From positions 3,338,783-3,402,782 of the forward strand of contig CM082580.2 in the NCBI GenBank assembly GCA_040954595.2: a DNA stretch of 64,000 bases, written 5' to 3'. Source of the stretch: Balanoglossus misakiensis. Taxonomy: Eukaryota; Animalia; Hemichordata. Shown in pieces: positions 1 through 12,500 of the stretch (its first letter is position 1; the number at the start of each line of letters is the position of its first letter). The notes beneath the pieces are model-generated. The model saw only the letters and a list, made by a program, of their open reading frames with translations, did no database searches and was not told the DNA's origin. The position numbers and the translations under genes are program-made.

Positions 1-13
1 TATGAAACACAGG

Positions 14-356
14 AGGGAGTTCCTGCCTAATTAAAACAACTCAATAAAGTAAATACACACCACTTTGCAAAGCAATCTGACCAGTAGTTCTTGAGTTACT
101 GAGTTTTGACCAAATTCACATTTTTCCAGCTAATTTGCATATTTTTGGCAATGACAACTTCATTTGAACAAACTCCCATCTACAGCCCAGCCTGCATCTG
201 CACACCAAATATCGAGGTTATACGCGCAGCGGTTTTCAAGTTTTTGATGTGGACGGACATACAGACATACATCCATCCATACATCCATCCATACATACAT
301 ACAGACGCAACCGATCCCATAAGGTCCCATGGTAAAAACCAATGGGACCTAAAAAA
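14..356. mobile_element. Non-autonomous DINE/Helentron-like interspersed repeat, copy 1
   Basis: Near-identical to 14911-15247; has an (ATCC/ATAC)n microsatellite and a terminal hairpin aggtcccatggt...accaatgggacct followed by an A-run. Family assignment is inferred from structure. Confidence 0.6.
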
Positions 357-579
357 CCTACAATGGGAACCTACTATATGCTGAATATTTTAGATCAAAC
401 TCGTATTGTTTTATGAGTGTTTTGTTGAAACATTTTCTATAAAATTGTACAGTCATACAAACTCAATTTCAAATTCAATGGTTGTGAAGATTCAACTTTA
501 AAAATGGGTTGAGTTAATCAGAATGCATGGTGTCAGTGGAACAGAATAAAATATTGAAATAAGCTATAGAAGATTGTAC

Positions 580-3500
580 CTTATTTTTGCAGTCAATATC
601 AGCTCCATATTGCAGCAACAGTTTCACAACATAATCCTGTCTCCAAGAGGGGCTCATTGCTGCCATGTGGAGTGCTGTGTTGCCATCCTGTGCAAAAAAA
701 ACAAAAGCAATTACTTCATGTAAGAGATACAGCAAGATCGGGACTATAATAGGTGCGTATAAACAGTGCCGCAAAACATACTGTAGTACCAAGTTACAAT
801 GGTGGTGGTAGTGGTTGCAAAGGACACAAAACAAAACTCCAAAATGAGGAAACCATTATAGTGGTTGGTGTCTCCTCTAAATAGGCTTTTAGTTTCAGTT
901 TGTTGACAGATGAACTGAAAGACTAATCTAAAACTGTCACCATATCTTCTTTACAATAACGATTTCTACATAAATGTCTTTAAAAAAACATGATATGTAG
1001 AATGAAACTGACTATGAATATGGGTACATCCAAAGTTTAATTTGAGTTCTAACAACAATCTGACACTGTATTCATTGCTGCATATTGTAAAGGGGTCCAT
1101 AGTTTCAGTATTATGAAAGATTTCTACAGTATATTAGCATCAATTTCATGAAGAGTTTCCCTATATTAAAAAAATAAAGAGATTAAGGATGTACGTTCAG
1201 TAAAATTGAAAGTATTGTCTTTTTTTTAATTATGGATTTTTGATTCTCCTTTGTATGTATAATGAAAATCCGTAATAAAATATAGGGGTCACCGCGCTTG
1301 TTTATGAAATACAGAGCCATGAATTTGGTCGATAATAGAAGAAATCTGCTGACTCAGCATTTTTCACCAATGGTTTGTCTATGGGCAAAATTTTTAACGC
1401 AATTTATCTCAAAATAGAGCGCGGTGACCCCTATATTTTATTTGACCAATGAATTTATATTTGCTGGACTGAGCTATGTGTAAAATTACGTGAAAATGAC
1501 AATGGTAGAAGTTTGTTTTCTAGCAATTATCAATGTAATCCTATGGGAAAAAGACCGGGCGCGCAGTGTTTCGGGTTTATGTTCTGCGCGTACATCCTTA
1601 AAACAAACAAACAGTCATGTATTTGTATCAGTATAGGTATTTTACCTTGTTTTGTATGTTAACATCAGCTTTGTGTTCCAATAACAATCTCACACGGCCT
1701 TCACCATCAGACCTTGCTGCTGCAAAATGCAAAGGTGTCTCTTCATCCTGTGAGTAATGAAGGAGGAGCATGAGAACAATGTCACAAAAATTGAAATGTA
1801 ATGTGAGGTTTCCTTAAACAAACAAACAAACAAACAAACAAACAAACCAACCAACCAACAAACAAACGTTTGTATGTTGATTAGAATTAACCTGTAGAAG
1901 TCAGGTTGGTATTTACCCAGTTTTGTATGTTAGCATCAGCTTTGTGTTCCAATAACAATCTTACACGACCTTCATCACCATACTTTGCTGCAAAGTGCAC
2001 AGCTGTGTCTCCATCCTGTAAGTAATGAAGGAGGAGCATGAGAACAATGTCACAAAAATTGAAATGTTATGTGAGGTTTCCTTAAACAAACAAACAAACA
2101 AACCAACGGACAAACAAACAAATGTTTGTATGTTGATTAGAATTAACCTGTAGAAGTCAGGTTGGTATTTACCCAGTTTTGTATGTTAGCATCAGCTTTG
2201 TGTTCCAATAACAATCTTACACGACCTTCATCACCATACTTTGCTGCAAAGTGCAAAGGTGTGTCTCCATCCTGTAAGTAATGAAGGAGGAGCATGAGAA
2301 CAATGTCACAAAAATTGAAATGTATGTGAGGTTTCCTTAAACAAACAAACAAACAAACAAACAAACAAACAAACAAACAAACAAACAAACAAAATGTTTG
2401 TGTGTTGATTAGAATTAACCTGTAGACGTCATGTTGGTATTTACCTTGTTTTGTATGTTAGCATCAGCTTTGTGTTCCAATAACAATCTGACACGGCCTT
2501 CATTACCAGACCTTTCTGCAAAGTGCAAAGGTGTGTCTCCACCCTGAATTAAGGAGTGCATAAGAACAATTTCATAAAAATTTAAATGTATGTGAGGTCT
2601 CCTTAAACAAACAAACAAAATGTTTGTGTGTTGATTAGAATTAACCTGTAGACGTCATGTTGGTATTTACCTTGTTTTGTATGTTAGCATCAGCTTTGTG
2701 TTCCAATAACAATCTGATACGGCCTTCATCACCATCCTCTGCTGCTGCTGCTGCAGAGTGCAACGGTGTGTCTCCATCCTGCAAGAAGGAGGAGCATGAG
2801 AACAATGTCACAAAATTTGAAATGTAATGTGAGATTTCTTAAAACAAACAAACACACAAATAAATGTCTCTAAACTGATAGAATTAACCTGTAGAAGTCA
2901 TGTTGGTATTTACCTTGTTTTGTATGGTTACATCAGCTTTGTGTTCCAATAACAATCTTACACGACCATCATCACCATACTTTGCTGCAAAGTGCAAAGG
3001 TGTGTCTCCATCCTGTAAGTAATGAAGGAGGAGAATAAGAACAATGTCACAAAAATTGAAATGTAGTGTGAGGTTTCCTTAAACAAACAAACAAACAAAC
3101 AAACAAACAACTGATTATATGCTGATTAGAGTTAACCTGTAGAAGTCATGTTGGTATTTACCTTGTTTTGTATGTTAGCATCAGCTTTGTGTTCCAATAA
3201 CAATCTTACACGACCTTCATCGCCACACCTTGCTGCAATGTGCAAAGGTGTTTCTCCATCCTGTAAGTAATGAAGGAGGAGCATGAGAACAATTTTACAA
3301 AAATTGAAATGTAATGTGAGGTTTCTTTTAAACAAACAAACAAACAAACAAACAAAAGTTTGTACTTTGATTAGAATTTACCTGTAGAAGTCAGGTTGGT
3401 TTATATTAATGTTGTTAGACCGTCATCTTATGCTCAATGTAAGAACCTTTCAATCAGGTTGTGGAATGCCAGGTCCATTAAGGGACCGTTCAGTTTTTAC

Positions 3501-6500
3501 GGCAGGGGGGGGGGGTCCGGCAAGTTTGTGTCATTGGTTTTCAAAATCAGGCCGACCGCCCCTTCACCCAGCACCAAAAAATGATGACCCCCCCTTTGAC
3601 AGACCCAAAAATATGATGACCCCCCCCCCCCCGCCGAAAACATTCGCCGTCCTGATCCTATAGACTGTATGCAATAAAGGGAATGAGGCTCCTCACACCT
3701 CAATTATAAATTTCTTAAAGTAATTGAAGTATATAATAGTATATCCTTGCAATAAAGAAATCTATGAACTAATTCAAATGACAAGTCAATACAATAGTTG
3801 CTAGAATTGGTAAAACAAGAAAAGTGGCGGGGGTGGGCGTAAGAAAATTTTGTAAAATACAGTGCTCAAAGTTGCATTTTAATGAACTCAAAAGCAAATT
3901 AACTCAATGTTAGGGAGGACAATTTGGGGTGGCAAGAAGTCTGCCCCGGTACACTAGACAAACCAGCGAATAAATGCATGGAGGGGGTGGGTGTAAAATA
4001 AAGGGCGCGAAACTGCAATTTTGTGGACTCAAAAGCAAAAGTTCAGTGGCAAAAGTATGTGACCCCCCCCTAAACGTTTAAAAAAAAACAGATGACCCCC
4101 CCCTTTAGGACTTCAAGATTTAAGTGACCCCCCCCCCCTGGATTTTGCCGGCCCCCCCCCCCCCCCCGGCCGTAAAAACTGAACGGTCCCTAACAACAAA
4201 TTATTGCTACCGTGTGTGGACACATCATTGAAAGCAAGACTGATCATCTTTGTGGTGACTGAAACCTGGATAGCCAAGTCCAATCAGTTCCACGTGATCT
4301 TGTTCATCTTGTCATTGTTTACCGTCCACCATCGTCTCAGACAAATGGTTTGAATGTGTCGACTTTTATGACTGAGTTTGCAACAGTATTGTAATTTCAC
4401 CAGGTCGCTTAATTTTATTAGGGGACTTCAACTTCCATGTAGAAAATGAAAATCGCAACGATACCCGACAATTCATTGACTTGATAGACAGTCTTGGTCT
4501 TAAACAACATGTACGGGCCCCACTCATGAACGGGGGCACACACTGGATTTAGTAATTACTCGTATAAATGAACCATGTGTCATGAAATTTCAGCTGAATG
4601 ACATTCTCCCATCCGATCATACTTTAAAGGCACGTAAGCTGTAACTTTTGGGATAATTTTCATAATTTTTGTTTCACACTGCACTACCATTAGTCCATGC
4701 AGATGAAGGCAGTGAACTATTCACAAGCATTATAAACCCTAAATATGAGTGCATATGCAAGTTTTAACCAGATAAATAATAAAGCTTTGCCGCAAGCGAT
4801 TATGGCCGCAACCGTGGGAAAATGCAAGAAACAATGAAAATGTCGCATTTCCGGCTGTGAAACATCATAAACAAAACATGATCTCATCCACTTGAGGTCA
4901 TGGAAGTAAATGTACACCACTGAGACATCAGATTTTCATTTTTCATTGCAATATTGCACTTTTTTAAAAATTTCAGGAATTTTCGTTTTTCTTTAATTTT
5001 TGACCATTTTGTCATAAATAAGTGTTGAGCTTGATATATTATCATGAAATAGCATTTAATAGATATAATTAAAAGCATATATGAGATTATTTAAAACTTT
5101 AATTTTTTATCCAGTTGCAGCTTACGTGCCTTTAATCAGTTTTGTTACTGATCTGTCACGTCAAGGTGGTATGTGTCACGCGCAAAGCACCATGGGAGGT
5201 CCAACATGAATAAGCGTTCATTTGACTTCTGGCTGGCCTCGAGTACACATGTCAGCAGTGTCTGGACGATCACTTTCTTTGAACCTTTTACGCAGGATAT
5301 TTTGATTTTTGTGACACCGGACATTTAGTTGTGGTACCAAGTTCGTTCTCTGTGATATTTTCGGCTCGCTTGACGTTTTTAACCGTCTATTCGGATCGAT
5401 GTACTGGCCGCGGGGCTAAGCGCATACGTCGACGGGGCGTAGCTGCATAATTATGGAGTGTAATTCATGCCAAAATTAGCACCCAGCTTTTCGATGAGAG
5501 TACGTCAGCTTTTCGATGAGAGTATTCACTTTTCGATGAGAACACCCTCTTTTCGATGAGAGTACGTCAGCTTTTCGATGAGAGTATTCACTTTTCGATG
5601 AGAACACCCTCTTTTCGATGAGAGTACTCTCATCGAAAAGAGGGCGTTCTCATCGAAAAGTGAATACTCTCATCGAAAAGCTAAATAACGGACTGTACCA
5701 CAGTTGATGATTTGGCTGAGTGCTTTCATGCGGACATGTCATCTGTATTTGATATTGTTGCTCCGGCCAAAGTAAAGATCGTTCGTGACAAACCGCGCGC
5801 CCCCTGGTATGATGAGACTCTGCGTGAAGAAAAACGTACTCTTCGGCAATTTGAAAGGAAATGGAGATAACATCAACTTGAAGTAAATAGACAGATTTTT
5901 ATGGGAAAACGTGCGAACTATAATAGACTCTGTAATGAAGCACTTGCATTGTATCATAGGACTCGTATTGAAACAGCTGATCAAACTAAAATATTTAGCA
6001 TTATTGATGATTTAATAGGCGAAAAGAAATCCTCCACTTCAATTTTACCCGTTCATGATGATAAAGCAAAGTTGGCACAGCTTTCGCCGATTTCTTTACA
6101 AGTAAAATATCTAAGCTTCAGAAGCAATTTCCTAGATCTTTGACCTTAGAAAAGGTCAATGAAGTACCAACGCATTCCTTCAGAGAGTTCACTTCTGTCA
6201 CCACGGCCAGTCTTACTAAAATTATTGATGCCATGAACTCAAAATCATGTGCACTTGACCCAATTCCGACTAAACTTTTGAAATTGTGTCTTCCAAATGT
6301 AATACATGATCTAGTCAAAATAGTAAATACTTCATTTGATTCAAGTACAGTTCCTAAAATGTACAAACAGGCTTTAGTCCGCCCTTTATTGAAAAAGTCC
6401 AGTCTCGACTCCAATGTTTTATCTAATTATAGGCCGGTGTCTAATCTTGTTTTCGAACATAAATTTCTGACGAGTATTTTAGTCAGTTTTCATTGTATTC

Positions 6501-9500
6501 TAAATATCAGTCTGCTTATAGACATCATCATAGCACGGAAAGTGCCTTATTGAGAGTTCAAAACGGCATTTTACGTGCTCTTGATAGTCATAAAGAAGTT
6601 ATTCTTACACTGCTTGATTTGACCGCAGCTTTTGACACTATTAACACAAGGTATTGCTGTATCGTTTAGAACATAGGTTTGGTATTAATAGAGGATATAA
6701 TCATTAGACATGCTTTGGATCTTATTTGCTGACGATACTCAGTTGTATTTGATATGTGAACGTGCCATGGACTCGTCATTTATGGTTGAACATTGTATTG
6801 ATGATATTCGTCAATGGATGATTGAAAATCGTTTGGTTTTAAATGATACCAAGACAGAAGTGATCCATTTTCGTTCAAAATTTAAGAAATCTGTTGACCT
6901 GCCATTTCTCAGAGTCGGGAATACTGATGTTACCACGTCTAGATCCGTCCGCGATCTTGGTGCTTATTTAAACCGCTTTGCAGATATGAGTACTCACATT
7001 GTCAAATTATGTCAGTGCTGTGTCATTTGCTCTCCATAGAATTGGCCGTATTAGAAATGTTTTAGATCGCTCAAACACTGAAAGACTTGTGCATGCTTTC
7101 GTAACATCACGCGTAGATTACTGCAACAGTTTGCTGTTTGGTATTGAAGATAAGCACCTTTATAAACTTCAATTACTTCAAAATTCTGCTGCACGTCTCG
7201 TCACACGCACAAAAAGGCATGAGCATATCACACCAGTGAAACGGGAGCTACACTGGCTGCCTATCCATGCTAGAATCAATTTCAAAATTCTTCTTTTTGT
7301 CTATAAAATTTTGCACAACCAAGCTCCTGCCTATCTGTCTGATCTGATCACAGTTCATGAACCTAAACGGCTGACACGCTCAGCGTTCACACCAATTTTG
7401 GAGCCAGTGAACTGGGAGCAGAAACACTTTGGTTACCGTTCATTTTCTAATGCAGCGCCAACTCTTTGGAATGTCTTACCAAAAGAAATTAGATTGTCAC
7501 CAACCGTTGCTTCATTTAAGACATCTCTCCAAACTTACCTTTTTAAGAAGTACATGACTTTATTCACAGTTTTGTTATTTTTAATAACATTTTTATAAAG
7601 TATTAATGCCCAGTAGGCCATTTTATCAGTGTATTTTTCACGGTTTTAATATATAATTGTATTTTATGAGCTTGGTTTTTTATTGTAAAGCGGATTGATG
7701 TTTTTATTGATGGAAATCGCTCTATAAAAATAAATTATTATTATTATTATTATTATTGGTATTTACCTTGTTTTGTATGGTAATATCAGCTTTGTGTTCC
7801 ACTAACAATCTTACACGACCTTCATCACCATACTTTGCTGCAAAGTGCAAAGGTGTGTCTCCCCACTGTAAGTAATGAAGGAGGAGCATGAGAACAATGT
7901 CACAAAAATTAAAATGTACTGTGGTTTCCTTTACACACACACACACACACACAAAAAAAAAAATGTTTGCATATTTATAAGCATCAACTTGTAGAAGTCA
8001 GGTTGGTATTTACCTTGTTTTGTATGTTAGCATCAGCTTTGTGTTCCAATAACAATCTGACACGGCCTTCATCACCATACCTTACTGCAGAGTGCAAAGG
8101 GATGACTCCCCACTGTAAGTAATGAAGGAGGAGCATGAGAATAATGTCACAAAAATTGAAATGTAAGGTAGATTTCCTTAAACAAACAAACAAATGTTTG
8201 TACTTTGATTAGAATTAACTTGTAGAAGTCAGGTTGATATTAACCTTGTTTTGTATGTTAGTATCAGCTTTGTGTTCCAATAACAATCTGATATGGCCTT
8301 CATCACCATCCTCTGCTGCTGCTGCAGAGTGCAACGGTGTGTCTCCATCCTGTATGTAATGAAGGAGGAGCATGAGAACAATGTCACAAAAATAGAAATG
8401 TAATGAGAGGTTTCCTTTAAACAAAACAAAAAAACAAACAAATGTTTGTATGCATGAGTGTATTTGGCTGTAATGTATTTTAGAAAGTTGGATTATTATT
8501 ATTGTTTGTCTAGCATTTAATGCGCACAACATTACAAAGTGCTACATTGTTTTCATATTTGAATTTTACAATTTTTGTCATGGGCTTGATAGTTTGACTA
8601 AAAACACGGATATGCAGTTAAAATTAATAGTATCTTCAACATTACCCCCCCCCCCCAAGACTTTTTAACAATCTTTGATTGTTGATGGGGAGCACTATGA
8701 TGCAGAGATAGTCTGGAAACCAAATGATCATAATTATTAATAATGGTAATTTTTTCTTGTTTGATTGTTATCTGGATGTTTATTGCACAGACAATCACAC
8801 CAGTTGGGAACATTGGGACAGCTTGAGTAGCTTTTGCATATTTTTGTGTATTTCATGTGAAATTGTTCCAACAAGATGCAACAAAGTTGACATTGGCATG
8901 GCAACATGATAAAATGGAAGCCACACAAAGTTAGGAAAATGATTTGCTATAAATGTTCCATAGCTGTAATTTTTTGCTAATAATTTGATATTAGAATTCA
9001 AATTCTTTGCTGTTTCATATGTGTTGATATCCTTTACAAAAGGGCAAAATATAAACACTCACCAGGATCAGGTGATTGTCCACGTATAATTCACCCCTTG
9101 CATTGACATCATATCCATCAGCTATCAGTGACTGGATCTTTGCAATGTCACCATCCCCTGCGGCATTGATGAGAACCTGTAACAATCAACAGGCAACACT
9201 TGTTTTATCAAAATATTCTCAATATGAAATCATAAACAGGAGTTATATTATAGGAAAACATTGAAAACTTCAATGATGAAGGGAATTGAGAAAATAATTA
9301 AACTGTGAAAAAAAGATGACATCATACCATTGGTAAACATTTGGCCATGATTATTCTTCACCAAGCTAAAACAGAACGCTATGGAATGATGAATAATCTC
9401 AGTTAAGCAATAAAACACCCCCAGCCATGGTATACCACGAGATTTTGACCAGTTTACGACATATACGCACGAGCGATAGCGAGTGCGTATATGGAGTTGA

Positions 9501-12500
9501 ACTGGTCAAAATCGAGTGGTATACCATGGCTGGGGTGTTTTATTGCTATTTTATTATGCCAGTATATTGAAACTTTGCATAAAACATTTTAAAAAGGCAT
9601 TTTCTTTGACTATGATATATGACTGTGGTATATGGCTAATATATCACGGTCACGTGTCGTGTCTCGACCAATCAAATAGCGTGATTTACACCATCAATAT
9701 ACTGGTATAATATAATTATAAAGTTTTCCTCTCGATCAGACAGACTATTATTTTCTCTAGTGCAAGCTAGCTGCCCATAACTTCCATTTAAAGGTCACTT
9801 CCCTTATAAAAATGCCAACAAAGCAGCAGCTCCACAGCAGCTCTGCTGTGAAGGCATTGTGGTGATCTTGCAGACACGCTGTGGTGTTCTCGCAGAGAGT
9901 GTCTCTGCAGCAGAGGCAATGCGGCAGGTCGCAACTAAATGTGGCTCTGCAGTAGAGGTGGTAATCCCTGCAATAAGGACACAAGAGCTTGCTGCAAAGA
10001 TGCAAGGCTTTTCTCTATGCAGAAATGATGCAAGAATAATTCTCAAAGTACAAATCCATGCAGCAGGGACACAAGAATTAACCTTTTTATGATCTCCAAC
10101 TTTGGTTGACCTTAATTGATATCAGGTGATGTGAAACAAAGCTAATAATTGGCCAAAGTCATTTTGCCGCCATTTTCTAAACTTGCAAGCTTCAAACTAC
10201 ACAAGTGTCTCCAGCTAGCTGCCAGATCATGAGTATGTTCAGGTGGACTGTCTTTCATTTAATGCTTTTGGATGTACCAGATGCCAACACGGAGGTACAG
10301 CAGAAGACACTGATCATCCAAGTGTACATCTGAAAATATTTTACAAAACTTGGAATGGGAAGACAGCTTGTCGAGGACAGCGCGACATTGCACATTTATA
10401 CGATATCGGATATTTATCGTCTAGTATCGTCTAGAGTCTAGTATCGTCTAAAAACGTTAAACTAGACTGTACTTTAACAACAACTTTGCCTGCTTCCCGA
10501 CTATGTCGGACCTCAAAAATATCCGATAGTATCGATACTAGAGTCTAGTATCGTCTAAAACGTTAAAGTAGACTGTACTTTAACAACAACTTTGCCTGCT
10601 TCCCGACTATGTCGGACCTCAAAAATATCCGATAGTATCGATACTATCTATACTAGAGTCTAGTATCGTCTAAAACGTTAAAGTAGACTGTACTTTAACA
10701 ACAACTTTGCCTGCTTCCCGACTATGTCGGACCTCAAAAATATCCGATAGTATCGATACTATCGATACTAGAGTCTAGTATCGTCTAAAAACGTTAAACT
10801 AGACTGTACTTTAACAACAACTTTGCCTGCTTCCTGACTATGTCGGACCTCAAAAATATCCGATAGTATCGATACTATCGATACTAGAGTCTAGTATCGT
10901 CTAAAACGTTAAAGTAGACTGTACTTTAACAACAACTTTGCCTGCTTCCCGACTATGTCGGACCTCAAAAATATCCGATAGTATCGATACTATCGATACT
11001 AGAGTCTAGTATCGTCTAAAAACGTTAAACTAGACAGTACTTTAACAACAACTTTGCCTGCTTCCTGACTATGTCGGACCTCAAAAATATCCGATAGTAT
11101 CGATACTATCGATACTAGAGTCTAGTATCGTCTAAAACGTTAAACTAGACTGTACTTTAACAACAACTTTGCCTGCTTCCCGACTATGTCGGACCTCAAA
11201 AATATCCGATAGTATCGATACTATCGATACTAGAGTCTAGTATCGTCTAAAACGTTAAACTAGACTTTACTTTAACAACAACTTTGCCTGCTTCCCGACT
11301 GTGTCGGACCTCAAAAATATCCGATAGTATCGATACTATCGATACTAGAGTCTAGTATCGTCTAAAAACGTTAAACTAGACTGTACTTTAACAACAACTT
11401 TGCCTGCTTCCTGACTATGTCGGACCTCAAAAATATCCGATACTATCGATACTAGAGTCTAGTATCGTCTAAAACGTTAAACTAGACTGTACTTAAACAA
11501 CAACTTTCAAATTAGACGATACTAGACGATATTTTTCTTGGTGAACATGCCATGGTCGGCACAGGTCCAGTGAAATAAATTAGACGATACTCGACGATAC
11601 TGGAGGATGTAAGCGATATTTTCTAGTGTCGATACTAGACGATAAATATCCGATATCGTATAAATGTGCAATGTCGCGCCTTCATGGAGGGATGATAGAG
11701 GGAAGCGTTAAAATGCGGGTTGCCGATTGCGGGTTAGCCCGGAGACACAGGCGTCGATCTTTTCCCCAACTACGCCTGTGTCTCCGGGCTAATTGCGGGT
11801 CGTAAAATATGTTTGTGTTTTGATGATGAAAGAATAATAATATTATATGTCAACAGAAACGATCAAATGATTGCCTCCCAGAAGTTCAATTTACACGATT
11901 TGCGCCACAACTCCGGCAGCGGACTTTGACCCTCACACTCACTACTGTGTGCGCGGCCTCATTAGCATAAATTAATCGGCCATAATCCCAGTCACTTCCA
12001 GCGGTAGTACTCGCTGAAATACGTAAACACTGAGTCCAGTGAGTTTTTCACGAAAGGAGTTTTGGGACCAGAAATAATTAGAGTTCAGGCTTGTATAGGT
12101 CGTTTTATTGAATTACGCTCACTTTGCTTTCTGTTGCCGTTCAAATGTTCCTACACAAGTCGGATCGTTGCAACTACACGAATGGGGCTGGCCCGCAGCT
12201 AGCTCTGCGTACAGGTCTGTGTTGTTCCCGGCGTTACACGGCCTCCACCACAGCCCTGCAAGGCGCCATAGAAAAAACTGGTGCTTCTGCGGTCCGGATC
12301 CGGACCGCAGCTTTTTCGGCCGAAATTCGATTTTATCGAAGCAAAATCCTTTCCCTGTCTACTTCTGCCCCCTAACCGACTCCAAATATGATGCGATTAA
12401 CTTGTCCTAACGTCCGAACCACTCGCGTTTGATTCATTTTTGTGTGTTTACATGTTGAGATCGCCATATTAAATATAAGGCTTACAGCGAGTTTATCTCC

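Larger units (their letters stand above)
3401..7755 (+). mobile_element. Decayed L2/CR1-group LINE (APE endonuclease + reverse transcriptase) with (TTA)n tail
   Basis: APE remnants WNARSINNK, VTETW, GDFN, GHTLDL, PSDH. RT remnants SCALDPIPT, NYRPVSNL, LLDLTAAFDT, FADDTQLY. C-terminal ORF 6999-7598 with VHAFVTSRVDYCNSLL and LHWLPI. Frameshifts and an internal RT deletion (no PQG motif seen). (TTA)n tail at ~7735-7755; ttggt duplicated at 3396-3400 and 7756-7760. Confidence 0.92.

Noticed and set aside
6140-7598. RT ORFs next to variable repeats as a diversity-generating retroelement or domesticated RT
   Set aside because: Motifs are those of an L2/CR1 LINE with frameshifts, an internal RT deletion, a tail and a TSD; no template/variable repeat pair with adenine-specific changes.
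9757-10092. Ala/Cys-rich ORFs, also at 13306-13645
   Set aside because: Translation of CTGCAG-rich transposon subterminal repeats.
10431-11505. Regular palindromic repeats resembling a CRISPR array
   Set aside because: Whole units repeat with no unique spacers, no cas genes, and the context is eukaryotic; it is a satellite.
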